From positions 1-64,000 of IMG/VR virus record IMGVR_UViG_3300009163_000025: a stretch of 64,000 nt of DNA. The stretch is one strand, 5' to 3'. A program made the position numbers and the translations under genes. This document shows, piece after piece, positions 1 to 9,569 of the stretch; within the stretch, counting starts at the first letter, position 1; every line of letters starts with the position of its first letter. Source of the DNA: a virus. The notes under the pieces were generated by a model, which had not been told where the DNA came from, did not search any database, and was given only the letters and a program-made list of their open reading frames with translations.

Positions 1-2
1 CA

Positions 3-305
3 ACATCAGAGTTTGCATTATCAATTGAGAATCCTGAAGAGATGAATCAGTTGGATTTAGCATCAGATGCAATTATCAATAGCATTGATTATATCTTTGA
101 TGCGGATAATGTGTACAAACGTGAAGACTACACTAAAGAAGAATTGATTGAGTTCATTGATAATCTATCACAAAAACAATACGAAAAACTTTCATCATTT
201 TTTGAAACTATGCCAAAGTTGAAGCACGAAATCAAATGGAAATGTGCTGGCTGTGGGCAAGAAGATCATGTGACGTTGGAGGGTCTTGCAAATTTTTTCG
301 GATAA
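3..305 (+). CDS. gp26: T4 gp26-like baseplate hub subunit (5'-truncated by window edge)
   Basis: C-terminal part with FF.TMPKLKH..KWKCxxCG..VTLEGLANFF, typical of T4-like gp26; frame is open to the window start. Confidence 0.85.
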   Translation, partial: TSEFALSIENPEEMNQLDLASDAIINSIDYIFDADNVYKREDYTKEELIEFIDNLSQKQYEKLSSFFETMPKLKHEIKWKCAGCGQEDHVTLEGLANFFG

Positions 306-325
306 CATTGAGTCAAGAAAGTCTT

Positions 326-493
326 ATGAATTATTATAAGACTAACTTTGCTCTAATGCAACATCATAAATACACTTTAGAGGATTTAGAGAACATGATA
401 CCCTTTGAGAGGGAAATTTACATACTGCTTATTTCTCAACATGTGACTGAAGAAAACGAACGAATGCAAGCACAACAAGCACAGCGTAAATAA
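326..493 (+). CDS. gp51: T4 gp51-like baseplate hub assembly catalyst (may be reached by -1 frameshift from gp26)
   Basis: NYYKTNFALMQHHKYTLEDLENMIPFEREIY motif, characteristic of cyanophage-type gp51; ATG at 326, alternative TTG at 308. Confidence 0.85.
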   Translation: MNYYKTNFALMQHHKYTLEDLENMIPFEREIYILLISQHVTEENERMQAQQAQRK

Positions 494-504
494 GGGTAAC
501 ACAA

Positions 505-1026
505 ATGGCTACAAAAGAAGAAAAAAAAGAAATTAAAGCCGAAGCAAAGGCACAAGAAGATTGGATGACTAAAAAATGGCGTCCAATGATGGCTATCATG
601 TATATGACATGCTGTATATTCGACTTTGCTATATTTCCAATCATGTTTACAGTAGTGCAGTTTTGGGAAACTTCAATTGCTAATGATGCGTTTCGTCAAT
701 GGGCTCCAATCACATTGCAAGGTGGTGGTTTATTTCATGTAGCAATGGGTGCAGTTCTTGGCGTTAGTGCATATGGCCGCACACAAGAGAAAGTTGCTGG
801 CGCAACAACAGTAAATACTGGAGTTGGTTTACAATCTTATCAAGTTGAAATGCCTATGCAACAGCCTTCAATGGAGATGAATCAACCTTCATTCCGTGGC
901 TCTTCTTATAGCAATAACCAAAACTATTCATCACCACAGCCTATGGGCATGATGAGTGGCGGTGTGGCTCCTGCTAGAAGATCATACAATAACATCGATC
1001 CAGATGCAGTCTTAGAGCGTGGTTAA
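505..1026 (+). CDS. 3-TM holin-like membrane protein (GTA_holin_3TM-like)
   Basis: W..KWRP motif, hydrophobic segments and GAVLGVSAYGRTQEK motif. Confidence 0.7.
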   Translation: MATKEEKKEIKAEAKAQEDWMTKKWRPMMAIMYMTCCIFDFAIFPIMFTVVQFWETSIANDAFRQWAPITLQGGGLFHVAMGAVLGVSAYGRTQEKVAGATTVNTGVGLQSYQVEMPMQQPSMEMNQPSFRGSSYSNNQNYSSPQPMGMMSGGVAPARRSYNNIDPDAVLERG

Positions 1027-1028
1027 TA

Positions 1029-4000
1029 ATGGCAATTAAAAATTACGGTAGAGCATTAGGACAACTTGCAACGGAATCTGTTAAAGGATCCGTGAAAGGT
1101 TTTGCAATGGGCATCAAAGGTGCCGCATTGCGTGAAATGCCTGGACTTACTGCTATGTATGGACTTAGCAGAGAAGTTAAAAATCGAGCAAACAAGTTAA
1201 GTGATGCATCAGTAGAAGCATCAGTAAAAGAACAAAGAACAAACAATGTCATTAGCATTGAGATGGTTCGACAACTCAGATCGATCAATAACAACGTTCT
1301 ACAACAAACACGTATCTCTGCACTTCAAGCAAACAATGCAAAACAAGCCGCATTGTTTGCTGAAGAAAATGATAGAGAAAAAGCACAAAGAGACAAAGAA
1401 TTACTAGATGCAATCAAATCACTCAAGGGTGGTGGGGGTGTTGCTGGTGCTTTAGGTTCTGCTGGTGGCGCTGGCGCTGGAGGAAAAGGACTTTTAGGCA
1501 CACTATTTGATGTGCTACAAAATGCAAGTTTGTTAGAGGCTCTTGGTGGCTACTTTGGTGGCAAAGCCATTCTTGACAAAGGTAAAGCAATATTCGGTAA
1601 AGGTGCTGGCGGTGTTCCTACAACTGGTGGCGGTGTTCCTACAACTGGAGGTACTGGAGGTAAACCACCTACTAGTGGATCACCACCTGTTGGCGGTGGC
1701 GGAAAAGTAATTCCATTCCCTGGTGGTAAAGCACCAACTCCTCCTACGGGAGGTGCTGGTGGCGGATGGATGAGAGGGGCTGCCGGCATGGCAGGAAGAG
1801 GCGCATTGCGTTTTATTCCTTATGTTGGTTGGGCGTTACTTGCCGCCGAAGTTGGTTATGAAGCATACAAAATTTTTGGTTCATCCGGTGGGCAAGGACC
1901 AAATAAGAAAAAACCTCAAGGTGATGTTAGTGGTGGCTTTGATGCGATGGGTAATTACACTGGAGGTGGAGAACTTGGTGGTGGATTATCTGAAGCGGCA
2001 CAGACAGTTTTAGGAAAAGGAAAATATGCAATAGGTGGTCCTAGAAGAAGATCAACTGTTGGTGCAGTTAAAGCAAATGCCGCAGAGTTCATTACGGGTA
2101 AAGAAGGATTCAGTAGCACAGCATATAAAGACACTAATAAAATGGCTATTGGTTATGGGCACAATATTACTGACGCAGAAATCAAAGCAGGTGAAATTGA
2201 TTTGGGTGGCGGTGACAAAATCAAGATTTCTGGTGAAGGTGGTAAAGATACTACAGTAACAAAAGAACAAGCAAATAAATTATTCTCTAAAGATTTAGGA
2301 AAATATGAGTCTGTTGTTGTTGCATCTATTGGCCAAGAAGCATATAATAAATTATCAGAAAATCAAAGAACTGCAATTCTAAGTTATGTTTATAACACGG
2401 GTTCAGTACCTAAAGGTTTTGCTGAAGCAATTAAATCTGGAAACTATGCGGCCGCAGCCGCTTCAATTCGCAATGGTGTTGCGAATGTTGATCCTAGTAA
2501 AGTTTCTGGATGGAGCAAAGAAAAGATTGCACAAGTCAATGATAGTCTCAAGAAAAGAAGAGAAGACGAAGCAAAACTATTTGATACTGCTGGTGGCGTA
2601 ACGCCTGAAGGACGTAGTGCTGGTGGAACTACTGGTGGTGCAGTCACAGCAAAAACATCTGGTAATCTTACTCCAGTATCGAGAGTGACAGCCAATGATC
2701 CAACAAATCTTTATACTGAATCAAATGGTCTTCAAGTATTAAAATCTGAATTAGGACAATCAAGAAACACTTCAGGAAGTGGTTTAAAACTATTAAGCGG
2801 TCCTATTCAAGTTGAAGATAAAAAAGCGAATTCTATTGCGGTACAACAACTTAAAGAAACTAAAACAGTTGCTAGAGCAACTTCTGTTGTTTCTAAGATT
2901 ACAACTGCTAGAGAAACATCACGCAAAGAAACTCCTGAACAAAAACTTCTTCGCAGAGCAAATCAAACATTCTTAAATCAATTTCAAAGTACAACTCAAC
3001 GTTTATTGAGTAAAGCAATTTATGATACACTTGTTGTTGGTGCATATGGTAAAGAGGGTTCACGCAATCTTGTAACTAAACAACAAGCACAAGGTGAAAT
3101 GTTCCGTGGCCAACAATTAGCAAATATTGTCGGGTTAAAAACAGGTAGTGAAAAACTTATTTCAAATCTATTTGGTAAACAAATAGGCAAAGCATACGGA
3201 CCAATGTTTGCACAACTTGGTACTGCGTATCTTGAAGTTGGTTCTAGATTCGTTGGGCGTGGATTGTTTAGTGGCGCAGGATTCAACGATAAAGATTCAG
3301 ATGCATTAAGTGGACAGATTTTAGGTAATTTTGCAAGAGGTAATAAGCAAGCCGCCACAGAACAATTACTGTATGGTATGACGGGAATTGCTTCTGGACC
3401 TGAATCTATATTTTTTAAGTATGGATTTAATTCTAGTCAACAAGGCGCAAACTTCTTAGGTGGTGTGGGTGCGGCACAATTGACTGCACCGATTGCTGGA
3501 ATGATGGGTGGTAATCAACCAACATATCGTGGTCCAAATGGACAAACATATGGTGCTGGTCAGTATCCAATGATGCAACCTGCAAATATGCAAGGCGCAT
3601 ATTATACAGGAACAAATGCAAGAGGTAATGAGCAAACATTTGTAAATCCTGCAATGATGCAAACTGCACTTGAAGCAGACAAAGCGTCTAGAGATTCATT
3701 ACCACATATCGCAAAAGGTACTTGGGACGCATTAGATCAAGCAAAAGCGGCTACTAAAGAAGCAGAGAAACAATATCTAGCCGCCGAAGCAGGATCATCT
3801 GAATATCGTATAGCACAAGAGGCTAGAGAACAAGCACAAGTACGTGAAACACAAATCACAAATGATATTCTAAGAACAAAACCAGGTGCTGTTGGTGGTG
3901 GTTCTAGTGCAGGCGGAACCTTCATGTCTAGCATGGGGAATTTTGCATTTGACTTAGGCACATCACTTGTTGCAAGTAAGTTAACGCAAAACATTAAGAA

Positions 4001-5387
4001 TCCATATCTAAAAGCGTTTGCTAATTTTGGTATTTCCTCAGCGGCTAGTTCATTTATTAGACCAATGATATTTGGTGCACCAGCGGCAGCCGGTGCGGCC
4101 GCATCTGCAACACCTTCTTTATTTACTGCTGGTAATGCATCACAATTAGGTCAAAGCGTGATGCCGGGAAGCGCAGTAGGCTTTGCTGGTACCGCAGGAA
4201 ATATTTTAGCAAATTCAGGTTACACAACTGCTGGTAACTTTATGAGCGGTGTTCAATCTGGTATGAATCTTGCATCCGGTACTGCTGAAGGTGTTGGTTA
4301 TGCCGCATCTGGTGTGGGTGGATCATTAGCGGCTGGAGAAACAGTTGGTCAAGTTTTAAGTGCTGTTGCACCTTATGCACCTTATGCGGCCGCAATATTA
4401 CAATTGGCTAAAGGTGATGTTAAAGGTGCGGCTGTGACTGCTGGATTTACGTATGCTGGTCAAGCCATTGGTAACTTTTTCTTTCCGGGAGTTGGCGGTG
4501 TAGTTGGTGGTATTATTGGTTCTATTGTTGGGTCAATATTTGGAAGAAGTAAGCCAAGAACACCAGAACCTGCACTCTTAAGAGTTATTGGTGCATCAGG
4601 AAATGATGTAACTGCTCTCGCAACAACATATACAAATGATAATCCTGATCCATCATGGACAAAATTTGCAGATACGATATTAGTTGCTTTGTTTAATTCG
4701 GCAAAGTTAATGCAACAAATGTCGGGAAAAACTTTGCCGTTTGAAAATATTGGTATTTACTTACACTCTACCGGTGGTATTACTTTATGTTTGTTTCAAA
4801 CAGGTGAGGCAACAAATAATGCAACTCCTAAATGGAATAAAAACTTTGGTGCGTTGAGTGCATGGAAAGCAGGTACTGGTATTACTGGCATGATTGAATA
4901 CATGCGTGATTGTATAAAACAAGGCGCAGATTCGGTTACAGCAGATAAACTAGATAAAGCAACTACAGAATTAAAATCTAAAAACATTACAGCAATCACT
5001 TCTGGTTTACTTACTGAATTGAAGACTGGTGGACAATATGATTTAACTAAAGGTGTTGGGTATAATACAGGTAAACCAACATCTGTTGGTGGCACAGGCG
5101 AGGCAAAAACTAGAGCCGGTGCTGTTAATCTTGGTTCTATTAATAACGCATCTAATGTTACATCATTGACTGCCGCAAGAGCAAACACTTCAGCAACCGC
5201 TTTAGTTCCAACATCAGGTGATACAACAAATGTAAGTACTATGGCTCCAACAAATTCTGTTGTTGCTGTTGGTGGTAGTTCTCAAGTTGACAATTCTATG
5301 AGTGTTACTAATATTAATCAGATTAGTACAATGAATGATCCATGGAGAAGAGGTGGCGTCAATACTGATTATCAATTAGCCGCATAA
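1029..5387 (+). CDS. Large tail protein (tape-measure/baseplate hub-like) with internal GH24 phage lysozyme domain
   Basis: 1452 aa, Gly/Ala-rich and helical; lysozyme motifs EGFSSTAYKD..AIGYGH, LSENQRTAILSYVYNTG, RREDEAKLF at about aa 350-520; follows gp26/gp51. Confidence 0.7.
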   Translation: MAIKNYGRALGQLATESVKGSVKGFAMGIKGAALREMPGLTAMYGLSREVKNRANKLSDASVEASVKEQRTNNVISIEMVRQLRSINNNVLQQTRISALQANNAKQAALFAEENDREKAQRDKELLDAIKSLKGGGGVAGALGSAGGAGAGGKGLLGTLFDVLQNASLLEALGGYFGGKAILDKGKAIFGKGAGGVPTTGGGVPTTGGTGGKPPTSGSPPVGGGGKVIPFPGGKAPTPPTGGAGGGWMRGAAGMAGRGALRFIPYVGWALLAAEVGYEAYKIFGSSGGQGPNKKKPQGDVSGGFDAMGNYTGGGELGGGLSEAAQTVLGKGKYAIGGPRRRSTVGAVKANAAEFITGKEGFSSTAYKDTNKMAIGYGHNITDAEIKAGEIDLGGGDKIKISGEGGKDTTVTKEQANKLFSKDLGKYESVVVASIGQEAYNKLSENQRTAILSYVYNTGSVPKGFAEAIKSGNYAAAAASIRNGVANVDPSKVSGWSKEKIAQVNDSLKKRREDEAKLFDTAGGVTPEGRSAGGTTGGAVTAKTSGNLTPVSRVTANDPTNLYTESNGLQVLKSELGQSRNTSGSGLKLLSGPIQVEDKKANSIAVQQLKETKTVARATSVVSKITTARETSRKETPEQKLLRRANQTFLNQFQSTTQRLLSKAIYDTLVVGAYGKEGSRNLVTKQQAQGEMFRGQQLANIVGLKTGSEKLISNLFGKQIGKAYGPMFAQLGTAYLEVGSRFVGRGLFSGAGFNDKDSDALSGQILGNFARGNKQAATEQLLYGMTGIASGPESIFFKYGFNSSQQGANFLGGVGAAQLTAPIAGMMGGNQPTYRGPNGQTYGAGQYPMMQPANMQGAYYTGTNARGNEQTFVNPAMMQTALEADKASRDSLPHIAKGTWDALDQAKAATKEAEKQYLAAEAGSSEYRIAQEAREQAQVRETQITNDILRTKPGAVGGGSSAGGTFMSSMGNFAFDLGTSLVASKLTQNIKNPYLKAFANFGISSAASSFIRPMIFGAPAAAGAAASATPSLFTAGNASQLGQSVMPGSAVGFAGTAGNILANSGYTTAGNFMSGVQSGMNLASGTAEGVGYAASGVGGSLAAGETVGQVLSAVAPYAPYAAAILQLAKGDVKGAAVTAGFTYAGQAIGNFFFPGVGGVVGGIIGSIVGSIFGRSKPRTPEPALLRVIGASGNDVTALATTYTNDNPDPSWTKFADTILVALFNSAKLMQQMSGKTLPFENIGIYLHSTGGITLCLFQTGEATNNATPKWNKNFGALSAWKAGTGITGMIEYMRDCIKQGADSVTADKLDKATTELKSKNITAITSGLLTELKTGGQYDLTKGVGYNTGKPTSVGGTGEAKTRAGAVNLGSINNASNVTSLTAARANTSATALVPTSGDTTNVSTMAPTNSVVAVGGSSQVDNSMSVTNINQISTMNDPWRRGGVNTDYQLAA

Positions 5388-5412
5388 AAAAAGGGGAGCA
5401 TTTCTGCTCCCC
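5386..5412 (-). terminator. Intrinsic terminator of gp32 transcript
   Basis: GGGGAGCA-GAAA-TGCTCCCC hairpin followed by T7 on the minus strand, between convergent genes. Confidence 0.85.
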
Positions 5413-5442
5413 AAAATCATAACAAACAAAGGAGAAGAGGAA

Positions 5443-6339
5443 TTAATCCTCGGCTAACTTCTCAAAGTAACTCACATCATCTTCATCATCAAATTTGCTA
5501 GACTGCTCTACAGTAGTCTTAGGCTTTGCAACTGGTGCTTGAATTGGTGCGCTAGGCTTAGCAACTGCTTCAGCATATTCACCACTACCTTCAAGACCCA
5601 AAACTTTGTTCAAACGTGCTTTGAGTTCATCATATGATTTGAAATTCTTTTCACTCAAGAATTCAGAAAGCAAATGCTCTGACTTCCAAATCTTTTCCAA
5701 GTCATCTTCATCTTGCGACAAAGGTGCTGGTGATTCAAATTCAGACTTGTCATAGTTCTGATAGCCTTCTACTTTACGAATCTTCAACTTGAAGTTTGCA
5801 CCTTCCCACAAGTCAAACGGATTAACAGGTGTTTCATCCTCAAACTCAGGATTCATCATGTCATTCAACTTGTCGAAAATTTTCTTACCGAATTTAAACA
5901 GTTTAACTGTTCCATCATTGTCAGGATTAGCGGCATCCTTAATGATGTATACGTTTGCAATGTATTGCAATTTACGTTTTTGTTTACGTGCAATGTCTTT
6001 ATTTGCTTCAACGCCAGAGTTCCATAGAACAGTATTGTGTTCTGAAACTGGATCTTTCTTGTTGAGCGTAGTCAACGAATTCTCAATGTACCAACCACCT
6101 GGTCCTTGGAATGAATGACTGAAGACTTGAACCCAAGGTACATCTTCGCCTGCGGGTGCGGGAAGAAAACGGATCGTTGCGAAACCGTTACCTGCTTTAT
6201 CTACTGTGGGTTTCCAGAAGCGGTTGTCTTCATAAGACTTTTTACCTTCTTCTTTATTTCCTAGTTTTGAAATCTCGCTAGTGAGTTTCTCTAGGTCTGC
6301 GTTGCGTGACTTTTTCAAGTCTGCGAATGATGTTGCCAT
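5443..6339 (-). CDS. gp32: Single-stranded DNA-binding protein gp32
   Basis: DNRFWKPTVDKAGNGFATIRFLPAP, GGWYIENSLTTL, FDLWEGANFKLK, NYDKSEF; acidic C-terminus. Confidence 0.97.
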   Translation of the reverse strand: MATSFADLKKSRNADLEKLTSEISKLGNKEEGKKSYEDNRFWKPTVDKAGNGFATIRFLPAPAGEDVPWVQVFSHSFQGPGGWYIENSLTTLNKKDPVSEHNTVLWNSGVEANKDIARKQKRKLQYIANVYIIKDAANPDNDGTVKLFKFGKKIFDKLNDMMNPEFEDETPVNPFDLWEGANFKLKIRKVEGYQNYDKSEFESPAPLSQDEDDLEKIWKSEHLLSEFLSEKNFKSYDELKARLNKVLGLEGSGEYAEAVAKPSAPIQAPVAKPKTTVEQSSKFDDEDDVSYFEKLAED

Positions 6340-6482
6340 ATTAGTATCCTCGTATTAAATGTATTAAATGTATGTTTTTGCTTGTCCACGTTTATCATAA
6401 TCTACTATCTTATATAGTCGATCATAATCCTCTTTCTTGGCTAATAAGATACAAATCTTCTCAGGTTTGTTTACTATTGCCA

Positions 6483-7082
6483 CTATGCTGTTACAATTTC
6501 TCGTAACGTTTTTTTCATCTTTACCGTATCGTAACTTAAGAAGGGCTGGTACTTTTTGCATATCTTACTTACCTCTTTGTAAATTGGATCATGAATCATT
6601 ATATCATACCTCTTCACAAAATGCAACACAGAATTGAGTATTGCCAATGTTTCGAGACTGATATCTCCCCTTAGATATTTTTTGATAATTGGTGGATGAT
6701 CGCCACCTTTAGAATCAAAAAACTCATTCAACTGTTCTGGAGTCCATCCAGAAACAAAATCCATTTCATTCTTAAAGATATAAGTCAAAGACTCTTGCCT
6801 TCGCTTCCATTCTTTATATCTGTCTTCACACTCTTCAGATAATAGTTCACCAACCCACATCTTTGTATCATGTAAGAAGTTAGAGACTAAAAACTCTTCC
6901 AAGTATGCATCTTTTCGATTGCCTAGTTTAGCAAAAAAGATTTTGTCTTTTCGTTTCATAAAAGAATCGTATGTGACATTTACTTTTTTGTTGTACTTGA
7001 ACCAATCATAACTATCTTGCGTAAAGTGATTTTTTATACCCAAATAAACTTTGTACGCATCTATTGCATCCATTTTATTCAA
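6483..7082 (-). CDS. gp59: Helicase loader gp59
   Basis: Y..YLGIKNHFT..YDWFKY, KRKDKIFF, ISLETL motifs; T4 synteny 33-59-32. Confidence 0.92.
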   Translation of the reverse strand: MNKMDAIDAYKVYLGIKNHFTQDSYDWFKYNKKVNVTYDSFMKRKDKIFFAKLGNRKDAYLEEFLVSNFLHDTKMWVGELLSEECEDRYKEWKRRQESLTYIFKNEMDFVSGWTPEQLNEFFDSKGGDHPPIIKKYLRGDISLETLAILNSVLHFVKRYDIMIHDPIYKEVSKICKKYQPFLSYDTVKMKKTLREIVTA

Positions 7083-7321
7083 TCGTCAACCTCAATAGGT
7101 AATCTTGCTCTGTTAATTGTAATCATTCTTGATTTGATAGCCTCACCCTCAATAGATGCTTTCATCTTTGGAGTGATGAGACCAGCCGCAGTTTCTATCT
7201 CAAGATTTCGTTCTTCGCAAAAGAGTAGAACCGCTTCAATCATTGTAATAGGATGTTTCTCTATTACAAGTTTCTTGATATGCGCTTCAAACTCTTTCGG
7301 AGTTAAAATATTCAGACTCAT
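7079..7321 (-). CDS. gp33: Late transcription coactivator gp33
   Basis: 80 aa, IEAVLLFCEERNLEIE..A.LI...K..IE.EA pattern; synteny. Confidence 0.85.
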   Translation of the reverse strand: MSLNILTPKEFEAHIKKLVIEKHPITMIEAVLLFCEERNLEIETAAGLITPKMKASIEGEAIKSRMITINRARLPIEVDD

Positions 7322-7477
7322 TCTGACCTTATTGAAATAATCTTGCCGTTCTGGTAATGTCCGAACTTGTTCTTCTGATTCGTTGGAACCGCAGTACGAT
7401 ATTCGGGGTTGTTTAATTCTTCGGGTGTTGCTGAATAGAATTTAGGATTCACTTTCTTGTTTGAAAAATTCCTAATT

Positions 7478-8023
7478 TTAAATTCTTTCTTTTCTGTTTT
7501 CATAATGTTTAGTCCTATAGAATACATGATCACCAATTTGAACAACTTTCACAGCATGTCTAGCCCAATCAGGTTTGACATATGTTGCGTGGAAATGTGT
7601 TGCTCCCTCTAATAGACTAATTATAGCAGTATCCTTCGATTTTGTCAAGAGCATCTTCGCCACATCATAGCATTCTTTCCATAGTGCTACATTGGGTGGA
7701 GACTTTACATTACCACCAGTGTACCAAGAGAACTGTTGTGGTTCGGTGACAACCGCTTGTATTGTTTTTGGAAATCTATTGTCCTTAAGACGATTAAGTG
7801 TAACGATACCAACTGCAATCTTACCAATGAGTGGTTCTTTACCTGCTTCGTAGTAGATGTTCATTGTTAACCAGTATAGGTCTGCTTTTGATCCATCGTT
7901 ACTTGAAATTAAATCTTTGTATGATATATTTGTTTGTTTTTTATCTTGAGCATATGTTTGATTTGACATTGCCATTAAACAGATAAGTACAAATACTCCA
8001 ACCTTTTTTAAGAAGGTTCCCAT
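7478..8023 (-). CDS. Cell wall hydrolase, SleB/Hydrolase_2 family
   Basis: Signal peptide; NIYYEAGKE, AVGIVTLNR, QFSW, GATHFHA.YVKPDW, IGDHVFY. Confidence 0.9.
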   Translation of the reverse strand: MGTFLKKVGVFVLICLMAMSNQTYAQDKKQTNISYKDLISSNDGSKADLYWLTMNIYYEAGKEPLIGKIAVGIVTLNRLKDNRFPKTIQAVVTEPQQFSWYTGGNVKSPPNVALWKECYDVAKMLLTKSKDTAIISLLEGATHFHATYVKPDWARHAVKVVQIGDHVFYRTKHYENRKERI

Positions 8024-8100
8024 ATTTTCCCCTTTCGTTTAATGAGGTGCTGTTGTAGCACCTCTTACGCACGTAGAATGCGTCCCACAAAAAATGTGGA

Positions 8101-9084
8101 TTAGTTATTTAGTATTTTATTGAGAATTCTCGAATAATCTGACCAAACACTTTCCTTACTGTATGCTTTATACAGAGGTTCTAACGGCGTAGTTCCATTT
8201 GCAATGATTTGCTTAATGCTACTATTTTCAATTAAAACGCTAGGTTTTAAGTCCCAATAGTTTCGCATTTGATGACTACGTGTTACTGCAATAGGGCGTC
8301 CTGCCGCTAGTGCATAGTCTGGACTACTTGCTAGTCCACATCCATCTAGATAATCATAGAAGTAACAGTTAATCGTGTTTTGCGCTAACAAGTCAATAAT
8401 CTGTTGAGTATCTAATAGATCGTGTGTGATGATAACATCAATTCCTGGTTTTGTGATAATGCGTTTAACTTCTTCTGCTCTTGCGAGTGCATTACTTCCT
8501 TTGCGTCCATGAACTTGATCTTCATAGAAGCCAAATGGAATGTGAAGTCGCAATGTTGCTTCATCAAATTCTTCTTGCACTTGATGTGCTAGTCTAGCAA
8601 TGCCTTTGTGTGGAGGACCAAAACCTTGAAAACCAATGATTGGTTTCTCAGGTTCAACATATGATACAGTTGGTTTACCTGGAAGTAAACGATTTGTCGT
8701 AAACACATATGGTGTTTCTTTTACACTAGGGTCATCTGCAATAATGTATTCCCAACCATGATTGAATCGTGGCCAGTATGCATCTGCAATTGATTGGCTC
8801 ATGTCATGCATGATTCGAATGTGTTTAATCTGAGGAAACGTATTTCTCAAATGTGGATGATCCATCCATGGTGTTGTTCCTGGTGCGTAGTTGTAAACAA
8901 TTGCTTCTGGATTGAATGCGAGAATTGCATCTTCTACTGTATTAAGAGTATCCGCATAAACCATCTTGAAATTAAATTCAGGATGTTCAAGCAATACTTT
9001 ACCAGTAACATCTCCCATCAATCCAATACCACAAGCGGCTTTATCACCTAGTGTCTGTGTAACAAATAATATAGTGCGTTTCAT
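8101..9084 (-). CDS. Glycosyltransferase-like protein (paralog of 10518-11444)
   Basis: CGI N-terminal motif, GxASSPDYALAAGRP C-terminal motif; in sugar cluster. Confidence 0.45.
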   Translation of the reverse strand: MKRTILFVTQTLGDKAACGIGLMGDVTGKVLLEHPEFNFKMVYADTLNTVEDAILAFNPEAIVYNYAPGTTPWMDHPHLRNTFPQIKHIRIMHDMSQSIADAYWPRFNHGWEYIIADDPSVKETPYVFTTNRLLPGKPTVSYVEPEKPIIGFQGFGPPHKGIARLAHQVQEEFDEATLRLHIPFGFYEDQVHGRKGSNALARAEEVKRIITKPGIDVIITHDLLDTQQIIDLLAQNTINCYFYDYLDGCGLASSPDYALAAGRPIAVTRSHQMRNYWDLKPSVLIENSSIKQIIANGTTPLEPLYKAYSKESVWSDYSRILNKILNN

Positions 9085-9569
9085 GTTATTGCTTCTCCAT
9101 TTTCATCTACCTCTATCCATGTGTGATCACCTAGATATTTTACTCTAGTTATGTAGTCATAGTCAATAGGTTTCCCACAACTCCAGTCATTTGGACCCAT
9201 TGCTACCAATCGTGTAAGTGTTTTTCTGTTGTCCCAAACTAACCAGTAACAATGTCCATTGCTTAAAATGAATTGATACTCTGCCGAATGAACTGCATCG
9301 GTAATTTCTAATCTTCTTTTAATTTGTTCTGCTTGTTTTTGTAGGACATTAACTAAGTCCATGATTCTGTTATACTCTTGCTGTGCATGTAGCCTAGCAA
9401 TGTTAATCATGATATCTTTTTGTTTAGTTACTGGAACTAAATCAAACTTTGGACCTCCAGCCTCGGTAGGATATTCGCTTACATTACGATTGAAAAATGG
9501 AACAACTAATTCACCAATCTTTATGTCAAAACTATCTCTACCTTTTGCTGAATTATTTTCCTCTGACAT
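9081..9569 (-). CDS. DUF2452-like protein
   Basis: YPTEAGGPKF, A.QEY.RI..LV.VL.KQA..IK.R, D.TW motifs. Confidence 0.6.
   Translation of the reverse strand: MSEENNSAKGRDSFDIKIGELVVPFFNRNVSEYPTEAGGPKFDLVPVTKQKDIMINIARLHAQQEYNRIMDLVNVLQKQAEQIKRRLEITDAVHSAEYQFILSNGHCYWLVWDNRKTLTRLVAMGPNDWSCGKPIDYDYITRVKYLGDHTWIEVDENGEAIT

Noticed and set aside
1600-1770. Tandem GGTGGCGGTGTTCCTACAACT-type repeats
   Set aside because: They encode a Gly/Pro/Thr linker (GGGVPTT x2) inside the tail protein, not a separate repeat element.
1043-5188. Numerous antisense ORFs of 60-130 aa opposite the large tail gene and other long genes
   Set aside because: Shadow frames caused by codon bias; no SDs or recognisable motifs.
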